From assembly GCA_963777045.1 (NCBI GenBank), contig CAVZPD010000009.1, forward strand, positions 139,583 to 203,582: a stretch of 64,000 bases of DNA, given 5' to 3'. Below, piece by piece: positions 9,031-17,932 of this stretch (positions are counted from its first letter, which is position 1; every line of letters begins with the position of its first letter). The position numbers and the translations under genes are program-made. The notes under the pieces are model-generated. The model worked only from the letters and a program-made list of their open reading frames with translations, ran no database searches and was not told where the DNA came from. Source of the DNA: an uncultured Chloroflexia bacterium (GTDB lineage Bacteria; Chloroflexota; Limnocylindria; QHBO01).

Positions 9031-9559
9031 CGTCGTCTCCCAGCAGCGCTGCCCTGCGCAGGGCACGGTACTGCAGGATCTTCGCATTGCCGTGGCTCAC
9101 GCCCATTCGCTCGGCGGTCTCGGCCACGGAGAGCCGGTGCAGGAAGCGCAGCTCCAGGACGCGCGCGTATCGCTCCGGCAGGCGTTCGAGGAGCGCACGG
9201 ACCCTGGTCGCCGATCTCTCGTCGTCGGGCTCCGGCTGGTCGCCGGAGGCGGGATCCATCGGCTCCCAGCCGGGAGCGACGTGGTCGCTGCCGATGACGG
9301 GCAAGCGGTAGAAGGCGCGCCAGTAGTCGGCGATGGCGTTCTGGGCTACGCGGTAGAGCCAGCTCACGATCTGCCGATCATCGCGGGTGGTATCAAGCTG
9401 TTCGACGGCGCGGGTGAACACCTGCGCCGTGAGGTCTTCGGCATCGGGTCGGTTTCCTACGCGCGCATGGACGAACCGGTAGATCGCGACGACGTTGGCG
9501 TCGTAGATCTCCTCGAAGCGGCCGCGCTGGTCGGCGGGGCGGGCAACGGGGTCGGCCAT
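9023..9559 (-). CDS. RNA polymerase ECF sigma factor (sigma-70 family, group 4)
   Basis: 179 aa from MADPVARP. Sigma-2 region FEEIYDANVVAIYRFVHARVGNRPDAEDLTAQVF...WLYRVAQNAI and sigma-4 LPERYARVLELRFLHRLSVAETAERMGVSHGNAKILQYRALRR. The longer track ORF (to 9835) overlaps the upstream gene. Confidence 0.8.
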   Translation of the reverse strand: MADPVARPADQRGRFEEIYDANVVAIYRFVHARVGNRPDAEDLTAQVFTRAVEQLDTTRDDRQIVSWLYRVAQNAIADYWRAFYRLPVIGSDHVAPGWEPMDPASGDQPEPDDERSATRVRALLERLPERYARVLELRFLHRLSVAETAERMGVSHGNAKILQYRALRRAALLGDDDG

Positions 9560-9590
9560 CGTGTCTGCTACGCGGCCGGTTACAGCGACG

Positions 9591-10094
9591 CTACTCGTCT
9601 CCGCGCGGGCGGAGGGGTGCGAGGTAGGCGGCGACCTCCTCCAGAAAGCGCGCATCGGTCTCGTCGTAGGCCGACGGATCCGAGCCGTCGATGTCGATCT
9701 CGCCCACGACCTGGCCCTCCGCCAGGATTGGCACCACGATCTCGCTGCGGGTGGTGGCGAAGCAGGCCAGGTAGCGGGGATCGCCATTGACGTCGTCCAC
9801 GATCTCGGTCTGGCCCGATGACGCCGCCGCCCCACAGATGCCCTCGCCCAGGGGGATGCGTGTGTGCTCGGTCGCCTCCGGGCCGATCCACGGCCCGAGC
9901 ACGAGCTCGCTGGCGGGCTCGTCGAGCCAGTAGACGCCGACCCAGTCGTAGTGGCTGAAGCGGTGGTGGAGCTCCTCGACCACCCGCTGGGCAGCCGCCT
10001 CCGGTCCAGGCGCCTCGGCGATCAGGGCACGGATCTGGTTCAGGGCGTCACCGTGCTCGACCTGGTGCTCCTCGATGCTGACCGGGTGGCTCAC
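9591..10094 (-). CDS. GAF domain protein, free methionine-(R)-sulfoxide reductase-like
   Basis: HYDWVGVYWLDE...ELVLGPW...IPLGEGICGAAASSGQTEIVDDVNGDPRYLACFATTRSEIVVPI matches the fRMsr/GAF fold. The GTG start at 10094 avoids overlap with the upstream gene. Confidence 0.6.
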   Translation of the reverse strand: MSHPVSIEEHQVEHGDALNQIRALIAEAPGPEAAAQRVVEELHHRFSHYDWVGVYWLDEPASELVLGPWIGPEATEHTRIPLGEGICGAAASSGQTEIVDDVNGDPRYLACFATTRSEIVVPILAEGQVVGEIDIDGSDPSAYDETDARFLEEVAAYLAPLRPRGDE

Positions 10095-10098
10095 GGTG

Positions 10099-10500
10099 CT
10101 ACTGCTGCGAGGCCCAGCGATCGGCCCAGCGGTCGATGCCGGTGATCGCCCGGCGCAGGTCGGCACCCTTCTGCGTCAGCGAGTACTCGACCCACGGCGG
10201 CGTCTCGGAGACGAGCAGCCGATCGACGAGGCCCTCGTCCTCCAGCATCTTGAGGCGCTGGGAGAGGGTGGCCGAATTCGCGCCGCCCAGGGCGTCCTGC
10301 AGCTCGCAGAAGCGCTGGGTCTGCTGACCGAGCTCGCGCACGATGCGCATCACCCACTTCTGACCCAGGATCGTGAGGGCGGCGGTGGCGGCGCACTCGG
10401 CACGCTGGGCGGCCGCGCGCCGTTCGGCCCGGGACCGGTGCGTCCCATTGGCGTGTCCGTTGGTCGCGCCGGCCTGCGGCGACGGTTGCCCGGGGTCCAT
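10099..10500 (-). CDS. HxlR-family winged-helix transcriptional regulator
   Basis: AALTILGQKWVMRIVRELGQQTQRFCELQDALGGANSATLSQRLKMLEDEGLVDRLLVSETPPWVEYSLTQKG is the canonical HxlR/YodB-type domain. Start taken at the internal Met (MDPGQ...). Confidence 0.7.
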   Translation of the reverse strand: MDPGQPSPQAGATNGHANGTHRSRAERRAAAQRAECAATAALTILGQKWVMRIVRELGQQTQRFCELQDALGGANSATLSQRLKMLEDEGLVDRLLVSETPPWVEYSLTQKGADLRRAITGIDRWADRWASQQ

Positions 10501-10557
10501 CAGGCGCCGAACGGTAGCACCGGCCCCGTGGAGGGTCAAACCAGCTCGGGACCCGCG

Positions 10558-11049
10558 CTACGCCTCGCGCAGCTCCTCCACCTCGCCCAGGTTGACGATG
10601 ACCACCTCGTGGCGCGCCTCGCCGGCATCGCTCGCGATGACCGCATCGGTCAGGGGCAGGAAGGGCTGTGTGGCGCGCAGGAAGAGGTCGTCTTCGTACC
10701 CCGGCCGCAGGTGCGCGGTGCCGGTGACGATGTACTGCCCGATGCGAATGACGACCTGCTGCGTCTGTCGGTGCAGGCGCTTCTCCGGCGGGCTCAGGTG
10801 TGGTGGCGGGACGACCAGCAGCACGCTCTTCGGAGCCAGGCTCATCCAGTTTTCAGGCGCGGCAGCGTCGCCACCCTCGGGCAGGAATGGGAGCTCCTCT
10901 CCGCGCTGCAGGATGTCCGTGGTCCGCTCGGTGCTCGCCCGGACGTGGCCCGCGACCTCGATATCTCGGGTGTAGACGCGCATCGGCTCGAGCGCGGGTT
11001 CGTCGGCGGCTTCGGCGGTCTCCGCTTGGCGTCGGAAGAGTCGATCCAT
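10558..11049 (-). CDS. hypothetical protein
   Basis: 163-aa ORF from MDRLFRRQ with coding-like GC3. Divergent from ccmA; no recognisable motif. Confidence 0.35.
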   Translation of the reverse strand: MDRLFRRQAETAEAADEPALEPMRVYTRDIEVAGHVRASTERTTDILQRGEELPFLPEGGDAAAPENWMSLAPKSVLLVVPPPHLSPPEKRLHRQTQQVVIRIGQYIVTGTAHLRPGYEDDLFLRATQPFLPLTDAVIASDAGEARHEVVIVNLGEVEELREA

Positions 11050-11251
11050 GGCAGGTCCTCTCGGCAGCGTCGCCATTCTGCCCCGCCCGCCGCCGCGACC
11101 ACAAGGCGTCAGAGGTACCACCCAGGCGTAGACCGGGACCCGGCAGTCCCGTTCGACCTCTTCTGGCTGCGGTCGTGCTCAGCGCGCATTTGACGCTCCT
11201 GTGGGGAGTCCGCATAGTTGCGGGACCCGCTGCAGCCCCGCTCGATCGAGC

Positions 11252-12019
11252 ATGCCCCAGACCACCATCTTCTCCGCACTTCCGAACAGCCCGCTGGTCC
11301 CGATCCCGGCCGTGGCGACCCACGATGTCGCCCGGCTCTTCGGTGGCAGCGCCGCGCTCGCCGGCGTGTCGCTCAGCGTGGAGTCGGGACGGCTGGTGAC
11401 GCTGGTCGGGCCGAACGGCGCGGGCAAGACGACCCTGCTGCGCATCCTGGCGACCTCCCTGCGCCCGACCTTCGGCTCGGCCTTGGTCGACGGCATCGAC
11501 GTGGTGGCCCGCCCCGAGCTGGTGCGCGGCCGCGTCGCCTTCCTCTCCCACGCCACCGGCCTGTACGACGACCTGACGGCCGAGGAGAACCTGCGCTTCG
11601 CCGCCACCATGCTTCGCCGGACCGATGCTGACGCTCTCGTGCCCGCCACGCTGGCCGAGGTCGGCCTGACCCTCGACGCGGACCGACGCGTGCGCGGCTT
11701 CTCGGCCGGCATGCGCCGCCGCCTGGCACTGGCGCGGATGCTGCTGGCGGAGCCGTCGCTCGTCCTGCTCGACGAGCCGCACGCCGCCCTCGACGCGGCG
11801 GGAATGGACCTCGTCGATCGCCTCCTCACTCGCTGGAGGGAGCGGGGGGCGACGGTCCTGGTCGCGTCGCACCACGCCGACCGCATCATGGACGTGGCCG
11901 ATGGCTGGGCGCGACTCGACGGCGGCCTGCTGGCCGAGACCGGCGGCGCCGGGATCGCGGCGATCCCTCCGGCCATGGAGCCGAGACCGGCTCCGGCGAC
12001 GGCGATGGCGGACCGATGA
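11252..12019 (+). CDS. ccmA: heme exporter ATP-binding protein CcmA (ABC ATPase)
   Basis: Walker A GPNGAGKTT, ABC signature FSAGMRRR, Walker B LVLLDEP, H-loop ASHH. First gene of a ccmABCDEFGH series. Confidence 0.8.
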   Translation: MPQTTIFSALPNSPLVPIPAVATHDVARLFGGSAALAGVSLSVESGRLVTLVGPNGAGKTTLLRILATSLRPTFGSALVDGIDVVARPELVRGRVAFLSHATGLYDDLTAEENLRFAATMLRRTDADALVPATLAEVGLTLDADRRVRGFSAGMRRRLALARMLLAEPSLVLLDEPHAALDAAGMDLVDRLLTRWRERGATVLVASHHADRIMDVADGWARLDGGLLAETGGAGIAAIPPAMEPRPAPATAMADR

Positions 12020-12705
12020 GCACCGCGCGCGCCGAGCTGACGATCGCCTGGGCCATCGCCCGCAAGGACGCCCTGGCCGAGCTGCGGGGCAGGCAGGCGG
12101 CAGGCTCCACGCTCTTCTTCGCCGCGCTGGTCCTGCTGCTCTTCGGCTTCGCGCTCGGCCCGGACTCGCGCAGGCTGGCCGAGGCGGCGCCCGGACTCCT
12201 CTGGCTGGCCATCGTCTTCGGCGGGCTGCTGACCGTCGCGCGATTGCACCAGATCGAGACCGATGACGACGCGCTCGACCAGCTGGCGCGCTACCCCGTC
12301 GATCGGCGAGCGATCTACCTCGGCAAGGCCCTGGCCGGCCTGTTGGCGATGGCCGTCCTGGGCGGCGTGCTGCTGCCGGTCGTCGGGATCATGTACTCGG
12401 TCGACCTCCTGGTGGCGCTGCCCGGCCTGTTGCTGACGCTGGCGCTGGGCGCCACCGGCTTCGCTGCGGTGGGGACCTTCTACGCCGGGGTGACCGTCCG
12501 CATGCGCGCGCGGGAGGTGATGCTGCCGCTGCTCATGCTGCCGGTGATCGCCCCGCTGCTGCTCGCCGCGGTGAAGGCGACCGGCGCGGCCCTCGCCGGC
12601 GACCCGCTGGGGGAGTACTGGTCCTGGCTGCAGCTGCTGGCCGGATTCGACATCGTCATGCTGGTGGCCGGTGCTGCCGGTTACGGCTTCCTGCTGGAGG
12701 AGTGA
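12016..12705 (+). CDS. ccmB: heme exporter protein CcmB
   Basis: Six-TM ~228-aa protein with the CcmB-type N-terminus (ELTIAWAIARKDALAELRG...). ATGA overlap with ccmA. Confidence 0.8.
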   Translation: MSTARAELTIAWAIARKDALAELRGRQAAGSTLFFAALVLLLFGFALGPDSRRLAEAAPGLLWLAIVFGGLLTVARLHQIETDDDALDQLARYPVDRRAIYLGKALAGLLAMAVLGGVLLPVVGIMYSVDLLVALPGLLLTLALGATGFAAVGTFYAGVTVRMRAREVMLPLLMLPVIAPLLLAAVKATGAALAGDPLGEYWSWLQLLAGFDIVMLVAGAAGYGFLLEE

Positions 12706-13445
12706 TGAAGACCCGCATCCTTGGCGTCGCGGCGGTGCTGGCGGTGGTGGCGGCGGGCGCCAACGCGCTCTTCATCGTCCCGGCCGACCTCAACCAGGGC
12801 GATGCGCAGCGGATCATGTACGTCCACGTGCCGTCGGCCTGGCTCGGCTACCTCTCGTTCGGGGTCACGGCACTGGCCGGCATCGGCTACCTGTGGAAGC
12901 GCGACCTGCGGCTGGACGCCATCGCCCTGTCGGCTGCCGAGATGGGGGTCATGTTCACCGCCTTCGCCATCTGGGGCGGGATGATGTGGGCGCGCCCGAT
13001 CTGGGGCGTCTTCTGGCAGTGGGAGGATCCGCGGCTCACCACCACCGCCCTGCTGCTGGCGCTCTACGCCGGCTACCTCCTCTTCCGGCGCCTGACCGAT
13101 GATCCGCACCGCCGTGCGGTGCGTGCGGCGGTGGTCGGCCTGGTCGCTGCGGTCGACATTCCGATCGTCCACTTCAGCGTCGAATGGTGGCGCGGCCTGC
13201 ACCAGGGGCCGACGATCGGCTCACCCGGGCGCCTGCTCAACCCGGCAGCCCCTTCCCAGTTCGTCATCGCGCTGGTCGCCATGGTGCTGGCCTTCACGCT
13301 GGCGTGGGTGTGGCTCATGATCCGTCGCTACCAGCTGGCCAGGATGCAGTGGCAGTTGGAGGAGCACGGACGGATGGGCCGCCTCTCGGCAGCGCGACGC
13401 GCCTCGGCGGCATCGGTCCAGGCGTCCTCGGAGACAGCGCCATGA
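12702..13445 (+). CDS. ccmC: heme exporter protein CcmC
   Basis: RIMYVHVPSAW...W...GMMWARPIWGVFWQWEDPRLTTT contains the WWD-type Trp-rich heme-handling motif of CcmC. Overlaps ccmB stop. Confidence 0.85.
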   Translation: MMKTRILGVAAVLAVVAAGANALFIVPADLNQGDAQRIMYVHVPSAWLGYLSFGVTALAGIGYLWKRDLRLDAIALSAAEMGVMFTAFAIWGGMMWARPIWGVFWQWEDPRLTTTALLLALYAGYLLFRRLTDDPHRRAVRAAVVGLVAAVDIPIVHFSVEWWRGLHQGPTIGSPGRLLNPAAPSQFVIALVAMVLAFTLAWVWLMIRRYQLARMQWQLEEHGRMGRLSAARRASAASVQASSETAP

Positions 13446-13603
13446 CTGATGTCTGGTTCGTGATCGCCGGCTGGGCAGTGATCGTCGGCGGCGCCGGGCT
13501 CTACGCCTTCACGCTGCTCGGGCGCCTGCAGGCGGCCAGGGAGCGCTCCCTGCGCATCCGACGCGCGTCGGACGAGGCTCCGCTCGACGAGGGGCGCGCG
13601 TGA
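13442..13603 (+). CDS. ccmD: heme exporter protein CcmD
   Basis: 53-aa single-TM peptide (MTDVWFVIAGWAVIVGGAGLYAFTLLGRLQAARER...) overlapping the ccmC stop (ATGA) and the ccmE start, as in canonical ccm operons. Confidence 0.6.
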   Translation: MTDVWFVIAGWAVIVGGAGLYAFTLLGRLQAARERSLRIRRASDEAPLDEGRA

Positions 13604-14052
13604 CCGCTGCCCGGCCGATTGCCGCGCCGGTACCGCCGCGCCGCCGCTGGGGGCTGCTGCTGGGCAGCGCCGTGGTGGCCGCCGTGATCGCCTGGCTGGC
13701 GTTCGGCGGCATCGGTGATGCACTCGTCTACTACCAGACGCCCACCGAGCTGCTCGCCCGGCAGGATCCGATCGGCCAGGCCGTGCGCCTCGGCGGCCAG
13801 GTCAAGGCGGGGAGCATCGAGCGGACGACCAGCCACATCACCTTCGTGCTGACCGACGGCACCACCGACGTGACCGTCGTCAGCGACTCCCTGCCCACCT
13901 CGAGCTTCCGCGAGGGGAGCGGGGCCGTCGTGGAGGGATCGCTCAACGCCCAGGGCGCCTTCGAAGCGCAGCAGATCCTCGTGAAGCACGACGAGAACTA
14001 CGTGGCGCCGAGCGAGGGCGCGGTGCCCTCGCACATCCCGGACGGCGGATGA
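13600..14052 (+). CDS. ccmE: cytochrome c-type biogenesis heme chaperone CcmE
   Basis: N-terminal TM, OB-fold region and the heme-binding His motif ILVKHDENYVAP (compare LAKHDENY). Confidence 0.85.
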   Translation: MTAARPIAAPVPPRRRWGLLLGSAVVAAVIAWLAFGGIGDALVYYQTPTELLARQDPIGQAVRLGGQVKAGSIERTTSHITFVLTDGTTDVTVVSDSLPTSSFREGSGAVVEGSLNAQGAFEAQQILVKHDENYVAPSEGAVPSHIPDGG

Positions 14053-16070
14053 TCCCGACGCTCGGTCACAGCGCGGTCGTGGTGGGCCTCGCCGCGACGC
14101 TCTTCGCGGCGGCTGCCTTCGGGCTGGGGGCGCGCCGCGACGACCCCGCGCTGGTCACGCTCGGCCGCCGCGCAATGTACGCGGCATTCGGGTTGGCGGC
14201 GGTCGCCAGCGCGGCAATGGTCTTCGCGCTGCTCACCCATGACTTCAGCGTCGAGTACGTTGCGAACAACAACGCCACCACCACGCCGCCCTTCTACTCG
14301 GTCATCTCGCTGTGGGCCGCCCTGGAGGGATCGATCCTCTTCTGGACCCTGCTCGCCACGGGTTGGTCGGCACTCGTGCTGTGGCGCTTCCGCGACCGGC
14401 TCCCGGCGCTGGTGCCGTGGGTCGGCGTCACGCTCGCCCTGGTCGCCGCCTTCTTCTTCGCCGTCATGATCTGGCCGGGGGACCCCTTCGTGCGCACGAC
14501 GCCGGTGGCCGCGCAGGGGAGCGGGCCGAACGCGCTGCTGCAGAACCACCCGTTCATGGGCCTCCACCCGCCGCTCCTCTACCTCGGCTACACCGGCATG
14601 GCCATCCCGTTCGCCTTCGGCATGGCGGCGCTCATCGCGCGCCGGACCGATGAGGCCTGGCTGGGAGTCGTCCGCCGCTGGACGCTGGTGCCATGGATCC
14701 TGCTGACCGCCGGGATCGTGGCCGGCGCCTGGTGGAGCTACGAGGTGCTGGGCTGGGGCGGCTACTGGGCCTGGGATCCGGTCGAGAACGCCGCGCTGCT
14801 GCCGTGGCTGACAGCGACCGCCTTCATCCACTCGTCGATGGTTGCCGAGCGGCGCGGCACGCTGCGCGTCTGGACCCACGCACTCGTGATCGCCACCTTC
14901 ACCCTGACCCTGGTGGGCACCTTCCTGACGCGCTCGGGGGTGGTGCAGTCGGTCCACTCCTTCACCGCGTCGGGCATCGGCCCATGGTTCGCGGGGGCGA
15001 TCCTGCTCACCCTCGTGGTGGCGCTGGGCCTGCTGGTCTGGCGGCTGCCGATCCTCGGCGACACGCGCGCGCCGGGACAGCCCATCAGCCGGGAAGGCGC
15101 GTTCCTCTTCAACAACCTCCTCTTCCTGGGAGTGACCTTCGCCGTCCTGTTCGGGACGCTCTACCCCGTCATCCGCCAGCTGACCAACGGCGAGCGGGTG
15201 AGCCTCGGCGCGCCGTGGTTCAACCAGGTCAACGCTCCCATCTTCGTCGCGCTGCTCTTCCTGATGGGCGTGGGCCCGGCCCTGCCGTGGGGTGGCGCCG
15301 GCTGGCGAACGCTGCGTGACCGCTTCGCGGCACCGGTGATCGTCGGCTCGCTGCTGGTGGTGGCCGGCTGGCTCCTGGGCCTCGGCGAGCTGGTGGTCCT
15401 TGTGGCGCTCTGGATGGCCGGCTTCGTGGTGGCGATCATGGGCGAGGAGGTCGTCCGCGGGGCGTGGGCGCGGTCGCGTGCGCGCGAGGAGGCGCTGCCG
15501 GCGGCCGCGTGGCGGCTCGCGACTCGAAACCGGCGCCGCTACGGCGGCTACCTGGTCCACGCCGGGATCGCCGTCATGGCCGTCGCCATCTCGGTGTCGG
15601 CCTCGATGGGTCGCGACACCACGGCGACCATCTCGCCCGGCGAGAGCATGCAGCTGGGCGACTACACGCTGACCAACCGCCAGCTGGTGACCGAGCCGCT
15701 GGCGTCGGACCCGCGCGTGATCGAGACGAGGGCCGAGCTGACGCTGGCCGGCCCGCAGTCGGGGGCCGTGGCGCCGGCACTGCGCGACTATCCGAACTCC
15801 GCATCGCTCATCGCGACGCCCGCTGTGCGCACCGCCGCCGGCGAGGACCTCTACATCACCCTCCTCGGTGCCGACCCGGCCACCGGCGAGGTCACCCTGC
15901 ACGTCTTCATCAACCCGCTCGTCGCCTGGATCTGGATCGGCGGCGGCATCGTGGCCCTCGGCGGCGTCTTCGCCGCGTGGCCCGATCGCCGGCGTCGGGC
16001 CCTCGCAGCCGCTGGCGCTCCGGAGCCCGCCCCGCTCCCCCTGGGCGCCACCGGGAGTGCGGAGCGGTGA
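14049..16070 (+). CDS. ccmF: cytochrome c-type biogenesis protein CcmF (heme lyase component)
   Basis: 673-aa polytopic protein with the WSYEVLGWGGYWAWDPVENAALLPWL WWD domain and conserved His residues. Overlaps the ccmE stop. Confidence 0.9.
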   Translation: MIPTLGHSAVVVGLAATLFAAAAFGLGARRDDPALVTLGRRAMYAAFGLAAVASAAMVFALLTHDFSVEYVANNNATTTPPFYSVISLWAALEGSILFWTLLATGWSALVLWRFRDRLPALVPWVGVTLALVAAFFFAVMIWPGDPFVRTTPVAAQGSGPNALLQNHPFMGLHPPLLYLGYTGMAIPFAFGMAALIARRTDEAWLGVVRRWTLVPWILLTAGIVAGAWWSYEVLGWGGYWAWDPVENAALLPWLTATAFIHSSMVAERRGTLRVWTHALVIATFTLTLVGTFLTRSGVVQSVHSFTASGIGPWFAGAILLTLVVALGLLVWRLPILGDTRAPGQPISREGAFLFNNLLFLGVTFAVLFGTLYPVIRQLTNGERVSLGAPWFNQVNAPIFVALLFLMGVGPALPWGGAGWRTLRDRFAAPVIVGSLLVVAGWLLGLGELVVLVALWMAGFVVAIMGEEVVRGAWARSRAREEALPAAAWRLATRNRRRYGGYLVHAGIAVMAVAISVSASMGRDTTATISPGESMQLGDYTLTNRQLVTEPLASDPRVIETRAELTLAGPQSGAVAPALRDYPNSASLIATPAVRTAAGEDLYITLLGADPATGEVTLHVFINPLVAWIWIGGGIVALGGVFAAWPDRRRRALAAAGAPEPAPLPLGATGSAER

Positions 16071-16588
16071 GCCGCAGGAGCGTCCGCTGGGCCCTGCTGC
16101 CGGTGGTGGTGCTGCCGCTGGCATGGCTGCTGGTGGCGAGCCTCTCCCGGCCGGTCCCCACCGCCGGCGATGCGGCTCCGGCCTTCAGCCTGGTCTCGAT
16201 CGACGGCGAGGTCGTCAGCTCGGAGAGCCTGGCCGGCCGCCCGTACCTGCTCAACTTCTGGGCGAGCTGGTGCCTCCCCTCCTGCGCCGATGAGCAGCCG
16301 GTGCTGATGGAGGCCCGGCAACGGTACGGCGACGAGGTGACGATCGTGGGTGTCCTCTACCGCGATACCCCGGCGGCCGCGCGCGACTTCCTCGCGACGT
16401 ACGGCGACGGCGGCTGGCTGCAGCTCGCGGACCCCGGCGAGCGGCTCGCCACCGCGTGGGGCGTGAGTGGGCCGCCGGAGTCCTACCTGGTCGGTGCCGA
16501 TGGCGTGGTCGTCGCGCGTCGCATCGGTCCCCTGACGAGCGACGAGATCGACGCGTTCTTCAGCCAGGCAATGGAGCAGGGATCGTGA
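16067..16588 (+). CDS. ccmG: thiol:disulfide interchange protein CcmG/DsbE (thioredoxin-like)
   Basis: TM anchor then NFWASWCLPSC (WCxxC) and GVSGPPESYLV. GTG 16067 overlaps the ccmF stop; the longer track ORF 15464.. is an out-of-frame overlap with ccmF. Confidence 0.8.
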   Translation: MSRRSVRWALLPVVVLPLAWLLVASLSRPVPTAGDAAPAFSLVSIDGEVVSSESLAGRPYLLNFWASWCLPSCADEQPVLMEARQRYGDEVTIVGVLYRDTPAAARDFLATYGDGGWLQLADPGERLATAWGVSGPPESYLVGADGVVVARRIGPLTSDEIDAFFSQAMEQGS

Positions 16589-17061
16589 GGCGCGGCCTCC
16601 TGCTTGGGTCGGGCCTGGCGCTGCTCGCCGCCGCGGCGGTGCTCGTGGCGCTCGCCGTTGCGCCGCAGGCGGAGCCGACGGCCGCGGAGCGGGTGCGCTC
16701 GCTGGCGGCCGAGATGCGCTGTCCCGACTGCCAGTCGCTCTCCGTGGCCGAGTCGAGAACGCAGGCGGCCACCGCGATCCACCAGGAGATCGAAGGGCAG
16801 GTGGCGGCCGGCAAGAGCGACGACGAGATCCGGGACTACTTCGTCGCCAGCTACGGCGAGTGGATCCTGCTGGCGCCTCCCGAGCCGCTGGTCTGGCTGC
16901 TCCCGGCCGCCGCACTGCTGGCCGGGCTGGGGGTCCTGTTGGCCTGGTACGCGACCGGCAGCCGGAGGGCGGCACTCCCGGCCGCTGATGGCGGCTCGCA
17001 GCCCGTCGCCGAGGCGGATCGGCGTCGCGTCCGCGAAGAGCTGGAGGCGCTCGATGGCTGA
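16585..17061 (+). CDS. ccmH: cytochrome c-type biogenesis protein CcmH (NrfF-like)
   Basis: Signal/TM, LAAEMRCPDCQSLSVAES (LRCxxC motif), DDEIRDYFVASYGEWILLAP, C-terminal TM. GTG overlaps the ccmG stop. Confidence 0.75.
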   Translation: MRRGLLLGSGLALLAAAAVLVALAVAPQAEPTAAERVRSLAAEMRCPDCQSLSVAESRTQAATAIHQEIEGQVAAGKSDDEIRDYFVASYGEWILLAPPEPLVWLLPAAALLAGLGVLLAWYATGSRRAALPAADGGSQPVAEADRRRVREELEALDG

Positions 17062-17932
17062 GCTGCTGCTCCTCCTCTTCGTGATGGCCACCGTCGGCCT
17101 GCTGATCGCCTGGCCCCTGCTCGACCGCCAGCCGCCGAGCACGCCGCTGGCCGATCCCGATCGCGAGGCGGCCGAGGTCCGTCATCGGCTTGCCCTCGAG
17201 ACGCTGCGCGACATCGAGGCGGATCGGCGCGCCGGCTCACTCGACGAGCCGACCTACCTATCCAGGCGCGCGGAGGCCGAGGCGTGGGCGGCGGGCACGC
17301 TGAGCGGAGGCGACCCGGCGCCCGAGCCACGGCGGGCGACAGCGCGCGGAAGCGCTCGGGCATCGGCTGCCACGCTGGGCGTCGCGCTGGTGGCGCTGGT
17401 GCTGGTGGGGTTCGCCGTCCCGGCCCCGCTGGGTATCGGCGAGCGCACGGTGACGAACCAGGCGCTGGCCGATGCACAGGCCGCGGAGGATGCGCGCCAG
17501 GCACGCATCGCGCAGCTGCTCGACCAGCTGCAGGCCGACCAGCGGAATGCCGACATCTACTCGCAGCTGGCCGATGCGTACCTCGCCGGCCAGACCTCGG
17601 CCGACCTGCAGAAGGGTGCGGTGGCCCTGCTGGCCCTGCTGGCGATCGAGCCGGAGAACGCTTCGGCCTATCGCCGCCTGATCACCGCCTACATGAATGC
17701 CGGCGACTGGACCGATGCGCGCTCCGCCGTCGACGCGTACGCCGGGGTGGCGGAGCCTGACGAGCCGGATATCCCCTTCTTCCGCGGGTTGCTCGCCCTC
17801 CGCGCCGATGACGACCCGGCGGAGGCGGTGCGCCAGTTCGATCGGTTCCTGGAGCTGGCTCCCGACGACGGCCGGGTGCAGATGGTGACTACCCTGCGCG
17901 AGCAGGCGTCGGAGCAGGCGGCCGGAACGTAG
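17054..17932 (+). CDS. CcmI/CycH-like TPR-repeat cytochrome c biogenesis accessory protein (putative)
   Basis: Begins 5 nt before the ccmH stop. N-terminal TM helix, a second TM, then Ala/Leu-rich TPR-like repeats (IYSQLADAYLAGQ..., YRRLITAYMNAGDW...). Confidence 0.45.
   Translation: MAELLLLLFVMATVGLLIAWPLLDRQPPSTPLADPDREAAEVRHRLALETLRDIEADRRAGSLDEPTYLSRRAEAEAWAAGTLSGGDPAPEPRRATARGSARASAATLGVALVALVLVGFAVPAPLGIGERTVTNQALADAQAAEDARQARIAQLLDQLQADQRNADIYSQLADAYLAGQTSADLQKGAVALLALLAIEPENASAYRRLITAYMNAGDWTDARSAVDAYAGVAEPDEPDIPFFRGLLALRADDDPAEAVRQFDRFLELAPDDGRVQMVTTLREQASEQAAGT

Noticed and set aside
15464-16066. 5' extension of the ccmG ORF
   Set aside because: Overlaps ccmF out of frame. The thioredoxin-like protein with TM anchor begins at GTG 16067 (GTGA coupling).
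13998-16124. 708-aa minus-strand ORF antisense to ccmF (plus similar long antisense ORFs at 15851..17185, 16851..17504, 5172..6167, 10853..11875, 11179..12249)
   Set aside because: No motifs and extreme Arg/Gly/Ala/Pro composition. They overlap genes with unambiguous conserved signatures on the other strand.
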